Below, one piece after another: positions 39,697-48,018 of a stretch of DNA of 64,000 bases. This stretch comes from Dehalococcoidia bacterium (GTDB taxonomy: Bacteria; Chloroflexota; Dehalococcoidia; Lucifugimonadales; JADFKI01): the NCBI GenBank assembly GCA_965204445.1, contig OZ241992.1, forward strand, positions 988,095 to 1,052,094. The letters are read 5' to 3'. Under the pieces are notes generated by a model, which did no database searches, was not told where the DNA came from, and was given only the letters and a program-made list of their open reading frames with translations. Made by a program: the position numbers and the translations under genes. Each line of letters opens with the position of its first letter. Position 1 is the stretch's first letter.

Positions 39697-41337
39697 CTAG
39701 CGCCAGTAGCGGGAGATGGTCTCTTCTTCCTTGGTCATCATCTCGAGGACGGCGGGGCGGTCTTCCTTGGTTGCTTGAAGCGCGCGGGCTATGGCGGGGC
39801 CTACTTCGTCGGGGGCGTCTATGCGCTCGGCGTACGCGCCCAAGCCTTCGGCGACTTTAGCGTACTCGCCGCCCAGTTGGTTGCTGCCCCAATGCTCGGT
39901 GGCGTGCGGGAAGTGGTCGTAGTAGTGCGTCATCACGCCGTTGTTCAGGATGATGGTTAGCGTGCCGATGTTGGAACGGGCGGCGGTCTCTATGTCCAAG
40001 CCCGCCATGCCGAAAGCGGCGTCGCCCATTATGTTGATGACGGTCTTGTCGGGGGCTGCCATCTTTGCGCCGAGCGCGAGCCCCAAGCCGTAGCCGAGCT
40101 GCGTGGACTTGCCCCAGCCGATGTAGCCGCGCGGCGTGGTTACGGGCCAGAAGGGGACAATCTGCTCGCGCGGGTAGCCGGAGTCGTGGGTTACGATTGT
40201 GTTGGCGACGTCCACATTCGCCATCATTTCGTTGAAGACGCGGTAGGGGCTGATGGGGACTTCGTCGGATGTGAAGCGCGGTCCCCACTCCACCATATAT
40301 TCGCCGCGGACGCGCTTGATTTCGTCGCGCACGCCGTTCACATCGCCGCGCCCTTCCGCGCCCAGCTGCCGCTTCGCTTCTTCAATCATCTGCGCCAGCA
40401 CAAGCTTAGCGTCGCCCACTGCGCCGTAGTCTGCGCGGTAGTCCTTGTTGACATCTTCGGCGCAATTGGTGATGTGCGCCAGCGTAACGCCGGCGGGCAT
40501 AGGGGCGTTGAAGTTGGATATGGTGAAGCTTGTGCCGATGCCTGCTACGAAATCGGCCTTTTCCAGGAAGCGGGCGCACATCAGCGTGCCGGATGACGCG
40601 CCCGTGCCAAGCGCGAGGGGGTGGGTTTCGGGGAAGGCGCTCTTGCCCGCTAGGGTGGTCATCACGGGAATGTTGGTGAGTTCGGCGAACTCGATGAGTT
40701 CGGGCGTGGCTTCGGCGTACAGAACGCCCTGCCCGGCGTTGATGACGGGCGAGTCGGCGGCGAGCATAGCCGTGACTACATCGCGCACATCTTCGGGGGC
40801 TGCGCCGGACTTTCGCACGGCGACGGGCTTGTAGTTGAGCTCGCCGGGGAATTCGGCGGCCGCCACATCGCCGGGGAACTCAAGCAGCACGGGGCCGAGC
40901 CTGCCGTGCTTGAGGTGCGTCATTGCGCGCCCTACCATTTCGGGGATGCGCTCCACCATATTGACATTCGCCGCCCACTTGGTAATGCCCTGATAGTTGG
41001 GAACGGATTCGAAGTTGGGATGCACGCCTTGGCGCGGGGCGGGATTGCCGCCGGGGATGCAGAGGAAGGGGACGGAATCGGCGAAGCCCTGGGCTACGCC
41101 GCCGAAAGCGTTTTCGGCGCCGGGGCCGGTCTGCATCGTGAATACGCCGATTTTCTTGCCGTTATGGATGCGGCTGAAGCCGTCCGCCATATTGACGCCG
41201 GCGCGCTCTTGGCGGCAGAGGATGGGGCGGATGCCCTCGCGGGAGCAGGCGTCAATCAGGGGCTGCGCGGGAAAGCAGGACAGCCACTCAACGCCCTCTG
41301 CCTTTAATATCTTTGCCATTGCTTCGTTGCCGTTCAA
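39697..41337 (-). CDS. Thiamine diphosphate-dependent enzyme (acetolactate synthase large-subunit-like family)
   Basis: NGNEAMAKILKAEGVEW, GPGAENAFGGVAQGFADSVP, and the ThDP-binding IMGDAAFGMAGLDIETAARSNIGTLTIILNNG. TTG start 6 nt after AAGGAG. Confidence 0.85.
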   Translation of the reverse strand: MNGNEAMAKILKAEGVEWLSCFPAQPLIDACSREGIRPILCRQERAGVNMADGFSRIHNGKKIGVFTMQTGPGAENAFGGVAQGFADSVPFLCIPGGNPAPRQGVHPNFESVPNYQGITKWAANVNMVERIPEMVGRAMTHLKHGRLGPVLLEFPGDVAAAEFPGELNYKPVAVRKSGAAPEDVRDVVTAMLAADSPVINAGQGVLYAEATPELIEFAELTNIPVMTTLAGKSAFPETHPLALGTGASSGTLMCARFLEKADFVAGIGTSFTISNFNAPMPAGVTLAHITNCAEDVNKDYRADYGAVGDAKLVLAQMIEEAKRQLGAEGRGDVNGVRDEIKRVRGEYMVEWGPRFTSDEVPISPYRVFNEMMANVDVANTIVTHDSGYPREQIVPFWPVTTPRGYIGWGKSTQLGYGLGLALGAKMAAPDKTVINIMGDAAFGMAGLDIETAARSNIGTLTIILNNGVMTHYYDHFPHATEHWGSNQLGGEYAKVAEGLGAYAERIDAPDEVGPAIARALQATKEDRPAVLEMMTKEEETISRYWR

Positions 41338-41438
41338 TGTTTTCTCCTTGGAATGTGGGTAGGGAATAGAGACTGGTTTGCGGGTTCGGATGCCAACCGT
41401 ATCGCAATGGGTAGTGTATCAGGTTTGGCGGGCGGATG

Positions 41439-42947
41439 TTAGTCGTCGCCGGCGGCGGCGGGTTCCGGCAGCGCGCGCAGATCGGCCGATCTGAAGTCGC
41501 GCGGCGGCGTGGCTATCTCGCTCAGTTCAGGTATGTCCTGATTGGCGGCGACGCCGTATTCCGAGAACCTGCGCGCCGATGTCAGCACGCGCGATTCCAG
41601 CGATCCCACGCCGCTGTTGAATGCCTTGACCGCGCTGTCAAGCGAGCTGCCCATCCGCGACATATGTCCGGCGAATACGCGGATGCGGTCGTGGAGTTCC
41701 TGTCCAAGCGCGGCTACTTTGGCGGCTTCTTCTTCGATTTGCGCCTCGCGCCAGCCCATCGCCACCGCTTTGAGCAGCGCCATAAGCGTGTTGGGCGTGG
41801 CGATGATGACATTGCGCTGCATCGCCCAGTCAATCAGATCGCGGTCGGTTTCCAGCGCGGCGGACAGCAGGTATTCGCCGGGCAGGAACATCACCACGAA
41901 GTCGGGGGAACGCTCGAATATCTGCTGATACGCCTTCTGCGACAGATTTTGCGCGCGTTCTCTGACCTGCTGCGAATGGCGGCGGATAGCGTCTTGGCGC
42001 GCGTCGGCGGTGTCCGATTCCACGGCGGTGAGATAGGCGTTCATCGGCGCTTTGGCGTCCACCACGATGGTGCGGTTGTTGGGCATGCGCACCACCATAT
42101 CGGGGCGGTCGCGGCTGCCGTCGTCCGCCGTTACGCTGACCTGCTCTTCGTAGTCGCAGTAGTCTTGCATGCCCGCCAGTTCCACCACGCGGCGGAGCTG
42201 CATTTCGCCCCAAGAGCCGCGCACTTCGGGACGCTTGAGCGCGGTGGCGAGGCTGCGGGTTTCGGAGACAAGGCTGTTGTTGTTCTCTTGCAGCGCCTTG
42301 ATCTGCGCCGTCAGGCTGCCCTGCGATTTGTTGCGCGCCTCTTCAATGCGCTTGAGTTCGTCGGACAGGGGCTTGACCAGTTCGTTCACGGCGTCTTTGC
42401 TGAGGGAAAAGTCTTTGTTCGCCTGCGTTACCAGCGCGCCTATCTTTTCGTCCGCCGCCTTGATGAACTGGTCGTTGTTGGATTTGAGCGCATCGCTCGC
42501 CATAACCTTGAACCGGTCAAGCAGCGTCTTTTCGATGTCGGTCTGCTCGGCGAGGCGCTTGTTGGCGGCGTCGAGTTGCGCCTTTAGGTCGGCAACCTCC
42601 GCTGCGTTAGCCGCCGTCTGCCGCTGCGCGCGGTCGTTGGCGTCGCGAAGTTCGGCATTCGTTTGTTCGAGCGCGGCGTATCGCTCTTGGGACGCCTCAA
42701 ACGTAGCGTTGAGGCCGGCGATTTGCGTATCGCCGTCAGCGGCTTTCTGCCGGTATTCTTCGGCGCTGCGCTTGTGTTCGGCGGCGGCGCTTTCGGCGTC
42801 CGTGATGCGCTTGTTGGCGGCGTCAAGCTCGGCGCGCAGATTTGCGCCTGCGCCGCCTGCGCGCAGCCGCATAGCGAGCCACGCCAGCAGCCCGCCGAAT
42901 GCGCCGCCGAATATCAAACCTACGATGATGGCAAGAATGGTTTCCAA
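41439..42947 (-). CDS. rmuC: DNA recombination protein RmuC
   Basis: N-terminal TM helix, a long Ala/Glu/Lys coiled coil, then RPDMVVRMPNNRTIVVDAKAP and DFVVMFLPGEYLLSAAL, which are typical of RmuC. Confidence 0.9.
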   Translation of the reverse strand: METILAIIVGLIFGGAFGGLLAWLAMRLRAGGAGANLRAELDAANKRITDAESAAAEHKRSAEEYRQKAADGDTQIAGLNATFEASQERYAALEQTNAELRDANDRAQRQTAANAAEVADLKAQLDAANKRLAEQTDIEKTLLDRFKVMASDALKSNNDQFIKAADEKIGALVTQANKDFSLSKDAVNELVKPLSDELKRIEEARNKSQGSLTAQIKALQENNNSLVSETRSLATALKRPEVRGSWGEMQLRRVVELAGMQDYCDYEEQVSVTADDGSRDRPDMVVRMPNNRTIVVDAKAPMNAYLTAVESDTADARQDAIRRHSQQVRERAQNLSQKAYQQIFERSPDFVVMFLPGEYLLSAALETDRDLIDWAMQRNVIIATPNTLMALLKAVAMGWREAQIEEEAAKVAALGQELHDRIRVFAGHMSRMGSSLDSAVKAFNSGVGSLESRVLTSARRFSEYGVAANQDIPELSEIATPPRDFRSADLRALPEPAAAGDD

Positions 42948-43023
42948 TGAGATGCCTTTCGGTTGGGGTTGGGTGTGTTGGTTAGAATGTACGCATGGGC
43001 GCGGTTGCTAACTTTTCATATTT

Positions 43024-43452
43024 TTAGACGCTCTCAGATCTTATTGTAGTTATCGTCCAGTGGTCGATTTCGACGCAATGTTCGCCGTTCTTGAACATTC
43101 GAAGTTCGGGCATTTCGGCTATTGCGTCGGTGAAAGCGTCCATAGCGATGTCGTCCAACCTGTAGCAGTTGGCTTCGTGTTTGGCGTTCACCCAACCGAA
43201 AACCTCGCAGGCGGGGCAATCCGCGTCATATGTATGGTCGTCGTTGTCGAAGTCTTGCGCGGTGAAACCCTCAATCACGATTTGGCAGTCCACTGCCAGC
43301 ATAAACATCGCCGCGTGCGCACTGTTGGGGAATGGGGCGCACCATATGTCCACCTCAATCGCATCTACATCTTGCATATAGATGCGGTCGTGGGGCAGAT
43401 CTACGGCGAAAGCATTTAGTTTGAGCAAATTGGATTCTTGCGCGCGGCTCAC
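43024..43452 (-). CDS. Hypothetical acidic 142-aa protein, translationally coupled to the upstream PLD nuclease gene
   Basis: GTG start 4 nt after the PLD stop, with GGAGG inside the end of the upstream gene. Asp/Glu-rich (DFDNDDHTYDADCPACEVFGW). I recognise no family. Lower GC than the flanks. Confidence 0.55.
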   Translation of the reverse strand: MSRAQESNLLKLNAFAVDLPHDRIYMQDVDAIEVDIWCAPFPNSAHAAMFMLAVDCQIVIEGFTAQDFDNDDHTYDADCPACEVFGWVNAKHEANCYRLDDIAMDAFTDAIAEMPELRMFKNGEHCVEIDHWTITTIRSESV

Positions 43453-43456
43453 TTTG

Positions 43457-44323
43457 TCAGACTAGCCTCCATAGATCGCCTTCGCGAACTATAACGCCTT
43501 GACGCCTCAAAACCTGCTGTGCGTTCAGAACATCGTGCCGCCATTTGGTATCGAGTTCAACGCCGCGCACTACGCGCTTCACATCGTCGTCGCACCATTC
43601 GGGCATCAGATCTTGGACTAGCGGGTAGATTTCGCGGGTGGGCAAAGCGCCATGCCGACGCAGCAGATATTTTACCGCATCGCCGAACTTGCCAGTGATG
43701 GTTGCGTCGGGATTGATCTTGAATTCGTCCGAGCTTGTGCTGAGTTCGGTCAACCGCCCCGATATGCTATTGAGCGCGCTGTTGTATTCCGAGTTGGCAT
43801 CGTCGGCAGTGGCGCTATCGGCGGCGCTTTTGGCTTGGCGCGCCCGATGCGCCATCCCGTCCAATTCGATGAGCGCATCCGTAGGAATCGGTATGCCGAA
43901 GTTGCCGTATTCGCGCAAATCGTCCGCTATTTCTTTGACCGCGCGCGTGTCCGTGATTGCAACGCCCAACTCATAGTTGCGCCAAATGCCGCCCCGCGTG
44001 AGGTTGGCGGATGTAACGATGGCGGTATGATCATCCGCTACATAGGCTTTGGCGTGCAGGTTGCGCAGGTGGCGGACGGCGGTTCTAGGGACTTGGTCGC
44101 ACAGCCAAGCAAGCGCCGCGCCATCCACAGAACCCTCGCAGAGGCTTTGTCCGGCTAGGTTGGTCAGCACATCTAGGCGAATGGCATTGCGCGCGCGCAA
44201 CCCCTCGGCAAGCCGTTCGATCGGCTCGCGCGTGATGAACGGCGCAACGATGATCGCCGATTCTTGTATAGAACCGACGAACCGATCGAAAGCGTCTTGC
44301 CAAGGGGATGTGATGGACTGCAC
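43457..44323 (-). CDS. Phospholipase D (HKD) superfamily nuclease with a C-terminal winged-helix (Mrr_N-like) domain
   Basis: Single HKD motif LHAKAYVADDHTAIVTSANLTRGG (HxKx4Dx6[G/T]SxN). The C-terminal AVKYLLRRHGALPTREIYPLVQDL...KWRHDVLNAQQVLRRQGVIVREGDLWRLV resembles restriction-system winged helices. Confidence 0.75.
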   Translation of the reverse strand: MQSITSPWQDAFDRFVGSIQESAIIVAPFITREPIERLAEGLRARNAIRLDVLTNLAGQSLCEGSVDGAALAWLCDQVPRTAVRHLRNLHAKAYVADDHTAIVTSANLTRGGIWRNYELGVAITDTRAVKEIADDLREYGNFGIPIPTDALIELDGMAHRARQAKSAADSATADDANSEYNSALNSISGRLTELSTSSDEFKINPDATITGKFGDAVKYLLRRHGALPTREIYPLVQDLMPEWCDDDVKRVVRGVELDTKWRHDVLNAQQVLRRQGVIVREGDLWRLV

Positions 44324-44340
44324 TGCGGGTGTTCCTGCCC

Positions 44341-45231
44341 CTACCGCTGGCGCACGAACTTTTGGATGCGCTGTCCCTCCAGCACTTCGCCCACGTAGAT
44401 GTCGCCGCGCGAGTCGATCGCCATTCCGTGCGGGGCGTAGAACAGGCCGGGCGCGTGGCTGTGCTCATCGCCCCAGCGCGCCAGCAGGTTGCCCTCTTCG
44501 TCTATGATGCTGACGCGGTGCTGCAGCTCAGGCACATATATCTCGCCGTCGGGGCCGAACGCCACCGATGTGGGCTGCTGAAAGCCCGTCCACATCATCT
44601 GGAATTCGCCGTCTTCGTCGAACACCTGGATGCGGTGGTTTTCGCGGTCTGCCACTACCACGCGGTTGTGGCGGTCGACGCCGATGCCGTGCGGCAGATG
44701 GAAGTCGCCGGGGTTGATTTTGCCGGGCAGTCCCCACGAGTTCATCAGCGAGCCGCTGGCGTTGTAGTGATGCACGCGGCAGTTGCTGTAGCCGTCCGAT
44801 ATGAACAGGTCGCCGAAGTTGCCGATTGCGATGCCGGTGGGCATGTTGAACGGGCCGCCGGGCTTCTCTACAAGGAAGCGCTGGCTCTGTTCGCCGGTGT
44901 CGGACGGCATGTCGCGCGTGCCAAGCGTGAGCAGCAGATCGCCGTCTGCGTTGCGCTTTTCGACGACGTGCGAGTCCCTGTCCGCTAGGAACACATTGCC
45001 GTCGTCGTCCACGCATATGCCGTGCGGCTCTTTGTGTTTGAGGTCCCAAGAGCGCAGGTAGTCGCCAGCGCGGTTGAAGATGACGAGGTTGTGCGTGCCG
45101 CGGTTATAGACATACACATTGTCGGCGCCGTCCACCGCCACATCCGCCACCTGCTTGAACTCGAAGCCGTCGGGCAGCGCGCCCCATCCCTCAGCGACTT
45201 CGTAGGTGTAATCTCCGCTTCCGAATGCCAT
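44341..45231 (-). CDS. NHL-repeat six-bladed beta-propeller protein (peptidylglycine amidating lyase-like)
   Basis: Repeated blades: ADVAVDGADNVYVYNRG, PHGICVDDDGNVFLADRDSH, PTGIAIGNFGDLFISDGY, PHGIGVDRHNRVVVADREN, PTSVAFGPDGEIYV, PHGMAIDSRGDIYV. ATG 45231 lies 8 nt after GGAGG. Confidence 0.82.
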   Translation of the reverse strand: MAFGSGDYTYEVAEGWGALPDGFEFKQVADVAVDGADNVYVYNRGTHNLVIFNRAGDYLRSWDLKHKEPHGICVDDDGNVFLADRDSHVVEKRNADGDLLLTLGTRDMPSDTGEQSQRFLVEKPGGPFNMPTGIAIGNFGDLFISDGYSNCRVHHYNASGSLMNSWGLPGKINPGDFHLPHGIGVDRHNRVVVADRENHRIQVFDEDGEFQMMWTGFQQPTSVAFGPDGEIYVPELQHRVSIIDEEGNLLARWGDEHSHAPGLFYAPHGMAIDSRGDIYVGEVLEGQRIQKFVRQR

Positions 45232-45427
45232 AACTATGACCTCCCAAATCATAATTCGCTTGTCTTGATGTCTGTCTTGAAGGGGGCGTCAATGCACGCG
45301 CCAGCCGCCCAAGCGCGGACGGGGGCGGTCACTCAAAGCCCACAGCGGTTGTGCGGTCAATATACGGGGTTAAGGCAAGGGGGGTCAAGCGCCGGGGCAA
45401 GAGGTGATAGGGTGGGGGAGCGAGCGC

Positions 45428-45667
45428 CTACTCCGACGCGCGGTTGCCGTTGCGGGCGGCGAGGTTCGCGCCGGCAAAGCCAAGTATCGCGCCTATGGAG
45501 GCTTTGAGCATCCAATCGCCGACATTAAGCAATCTGTCCTGCGCCGGGGTCATATCGGCTGCCGCAACGGGCGCAAGCCAAACAAGTATTACCAGTCCCA
45601 CGATTGCGATGGCGAACAGGATTATGAGGATGCCCCTCAAGGGCACTCTCTCATTGTTATGGTTCAT
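45428..45667 (-). CDS. Small membrane protein (79 aa), unknown function
   Basis: Two hydrophobic helices (GILIILFAIAIVGLVILVWLAPV; ASIGAILGFAGANLAA). It follows the 50-aa ORF by 20 nt. Confidence 0.4.
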   Translation of the reverse strand: MNHNNERVPLRGILIILFAIAIVGLVILVWLAPVAAADMTPAQDRLLNVGDWMLKASIGAILGFAGANLAARNGNRASE

Positions 45668-45687
45668 ATCAAAACCCGCGCGAAGGC

Positions 45688-45840
45688 TTACTTGCCGTCT
45701 GAAGGCGTGTCTTCGGACGACGGATTTCTGCGCTTGGCGCGAGACCAGTCGGTGATGTCCTTGATGCCTACGACGAAAAGCGCCAGCGCGAATATCAGCA
45801 GTATAATCGCCAAGATAGGCGCGGCAGTGTTCACATCCAT
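45688..45840 (-). CDS. Small single-pass membrane protein (50 aa), below the ORF-track cutoff
   Basis: My own translation: MDVNTAAPILAIILLIFALALFVVGIKDITDWSRAKRRNPSSEDTPSDGK. GGAGG lies 8 nt upstream of the ATG. Confidence 0.4.
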   Translation of the reverse strand: MDVNTAAPILAIILLIFALALFVVGIKDITDWSRAKRRNPSSEDTPSDGK

Positions 45841-46058
45841 ATCATTCGCCTCCATACATATCGAGCGCCGCGCATGCCCCGCCGTCCATAGCGCGCGGCG
45901 GGCGGCAACCTTGTATTAGGGATTATAGCGCATTTCGGCGGGATGTTGAGCGGCACAACGCATCCCCGACGCATAGCGTAGCACTATCGCCACTCGACGG
46001 ATCCAAGGCGGCGGATGATGGCAATCGGGCTTAGCCTACCGCCCGATGCTCTGTTCGA

Positions 46059-47063
46059 TTATGCCAGGCGATACACGCGCGCGGCGGTGTCGTGGAACAG
46101 CGCCGCCTTTTCGCTGTCGGAGAAGTCCGCCACGATGCGCTTGAACGAGTTCCACATCACATTGTAGGAGTAGGACGCCTTGTCCACCGGGAAGTTGCTT
46201 TCGAACATGCAGCGGTCGGGGCCGAACTGCTCAATCACGTAGAGGTAGTAGGGCGCGGTCGCCTCGGCGAGTTCGGCGGAGTCGGGCGGCGTGACGCGCT
46301 CGTGCCAGCCGAAGCCGTAGTTGGGCATGCCGCAGCCGCCCACCTTGACCACCACATTCGGGTTGGCGGCAACCTGCGCTATGCTGCGCTTCCATATCTG
46401 CATAACATCGCTGCGCCTGCCCGAATACGGACCGATGCCCAGCGGCGCGCCGATATGGTCTAGGATGATGGCGGTGTCGGGGAAGGCGCTTGCGAGGTCG
46501 GCAAGTTCGGGGAGCTGCGGGTGAAACAGCCACGCGTCGAAGCTCAGTCCGTACTTTTGGAGCTGAGCGAAGCCTTCGCGGAACTTGGCGTTCATCATTG
46601 TGCCGCCGCCCTGATTGCGATATGTGGCGATTTCGCTGCTAGAGTCAAAGGCGGTGCCGTGCCGAATGCCGCGAAACCTGCCCTTGCCTAGCTCAATGTG
46701 CGCCTCCAGAACCTCTGCCACCGCATCGCCCAATCGCAGGTCTGCGTAGCCGGCGATGCCTGCGTTGATGTTGGCGGATACATCGGGCATAGCCGCCGCC
46801 TGCTCTGCGACGGCCGCCACGAACTCGGTTTCGCCCAGCGGCTGCAGGCGCTCCGGCCCGTCGGCGCGGTACATAGACGAGCACTCCAAGAAGACGGTGC
46901 TCACGATGTTATGTCCCGAATTGATGTCTCGCAGCAAGTCTTCGAGCATATAGTCGTTGCCGTCGCGTTGCCAGAGGTGATGATGCGGGTCGCAGATGGG
47001 GAGTTCGGGTTCGATGGGCACTTCTTGCGTGAGCGCGAGCCAGTCGGAGCGTGGGGTAACCAT
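46059..47063 (-). CDS. Amidohydrolase_2 (TIM-barrel metal-dependent hydrolase) family protein
   Basis: ICDPHHHLW metal motif, AIILDHIGAP, FESNFPVDK. AGGAGG lies 9 nt upstream of the ATG. Confidence 0.85.
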   Translation of the reverse strand: MVTPRSDWLALTQEVPIEPELPICDPHHHLWQRDGNDYMLEDLLRDINSGHNIVSTVFLECSSMYRADGPERLQPLGETEFVAAVAEQAAAMPDVSANINAGIAGYADLRLGDAVAEVLEAHIELGKGRFRGIRHGTAFDSSSEIATYRNQGGGTMMNAKFREGFAQLQKYGLSFDAWLFHPQLPELADLASAFPDTAIILDHIGAPLGIGPYSGRRSDVMQIWKRSIAQVAANPNVVVKVGGCGMPNYGFGWHERVTPPDSAELAEATAPYYLYVIEQFGPDRCMFESNFPVDKASYSYNVMWNSFKRIVADFSDSEKAALFHDTAARVYRLA

Positions 47064-47106
47064 GGGTGGGGTCCTCCTAGTGTGTGGTGATTTTTGCGTG
47101 GTGGTT

Positions 47107-47526
47107 TTAGGGTAAGTCAGGGCGGGCGCGCCAGTGAGAGGCGTCCCTCAGTTCTTGGGCATGCCGCTTCTGTTCGCCTCTGTCATCTGCGGCGCTTTGC
47201 GGCAGGATGATGTCTGTGTGATATGGATTGATGTTAGGTATGGGAGACGCCTCTACTATACGTCCGTTAAGCGCCGCATTGGAAGCGCTTACTACCGCCC
47301 ATCCGTAGAAATTGCGATTTCGCGCGCCGTCTCGCGCGTCAGCGATGGCAAGCGCCTCATTCAACGGCGCAATGCTAAGCCTGTCAACCGAAATATGGAT
47401 TTCGCCCTGCCTTGGCAAGAACTCATTGATGGGAAGCAAAGAGCGGCGCGCTCGGTTCGCGCTATTTCTTGAAGATACGCCGCGTCCCAGTTCTTCATCC
47501 GCCGCAATAGTTTCAGGAATCTGCAT
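47107..47526 (-). CDS. Hypothetical 139-aa protein (second gene of a two-gene cassette)
   Basis: Open frame starting 6 nt after the upstream gene. Conserved-looking block FYGWAVVSASNAALNGRIVEASPIPNINPYHTDIILP. I recognise no family. Confidence 0.55.
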   Translation of the reverse strand: MQIPETIAADEELGRGVSSRNSANRARRSLLPINEFLPRQGEIHISVDRLSIAPLNEALAIADARDGARNRNFYGWAVVSASNAALNGRIVEASPIPNINPYHTDIILPQSAADDRGEQKRHAQELRDASHWRARPDLP

Positions 47527-47532
47527 TGAATC

Positions 47533-47898
47533 TTATGTTAGTCCGCGTCCCAGTTCCATAAAAACTTCCCGCAGAAACTTGTCAGGGAGCGTATCCGCGT
47601 TGGGGTAGCGCTTGCTGCGATGTCCGCTTGCTAAGTTCGCCAGGCACAGCGCACCGCCGCCGGATTCGCATAGCAGCGCCACCGATTGACCGCGCCCATT
47701 TGGGACATCCAACGCTATCTCTGCGTCAGGGGTGGGATACACTTCAATACGCAGGCGGGACATATCTTGTATCGCGCGTATCAGACGCTCCGCGTTGCTA
47801 ATGGCGGTTTTGGACGGAACGGGGAAGTTTTCTTCAATAGCATACTCGGCCGCTGTCTCTAAATCCCTTAGTGCGGCGGTGGATAGGGATACAACCAT
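47533..47898 (-). CDS. Hypothetical 121-aa protein (first gene of a two-gene cassette)
   Basis: ATG preceded by GAGG. An extended -10 promoter (TGTTATAAT, reverse complement around 47944-47952) lies about 45 nt upstream. I recognise no family. Confidence 0.55.
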   Translation of the reverse strand: MVVSLSTAALRDLETAAEYAIEENFPVPSKTAISNAERLIRAIQDMSRLRIEVYPTPDAEIALDVPNGRGQSVALLCESGGGALCLANLASGHRSKRYPNADTLPDKFLREVFMELGRGLT

Positions 47899-47943
47899 TG
47901 GGAATTACCTCAATATGATTGAATGGCAGAGCGATTGTAGCGC

Positions 47944-47952
47944 ATTATAACA
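47944..47952 (-). promoter_or_regulatory. Extended -10 element (TGtTATAAT) for the 121/139-aa cassette
   Basis: The reverse complement of cgcattataacac contains tgttataat. Confidence 0.4.
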
Positions 47953-48018
47953 CGCCCAATCCCGTCTTTGCGCCTCTGCGCCTTTGCGTTTGGAGCGTCC
48001 CCGCGCAGCGCAGCGCCG

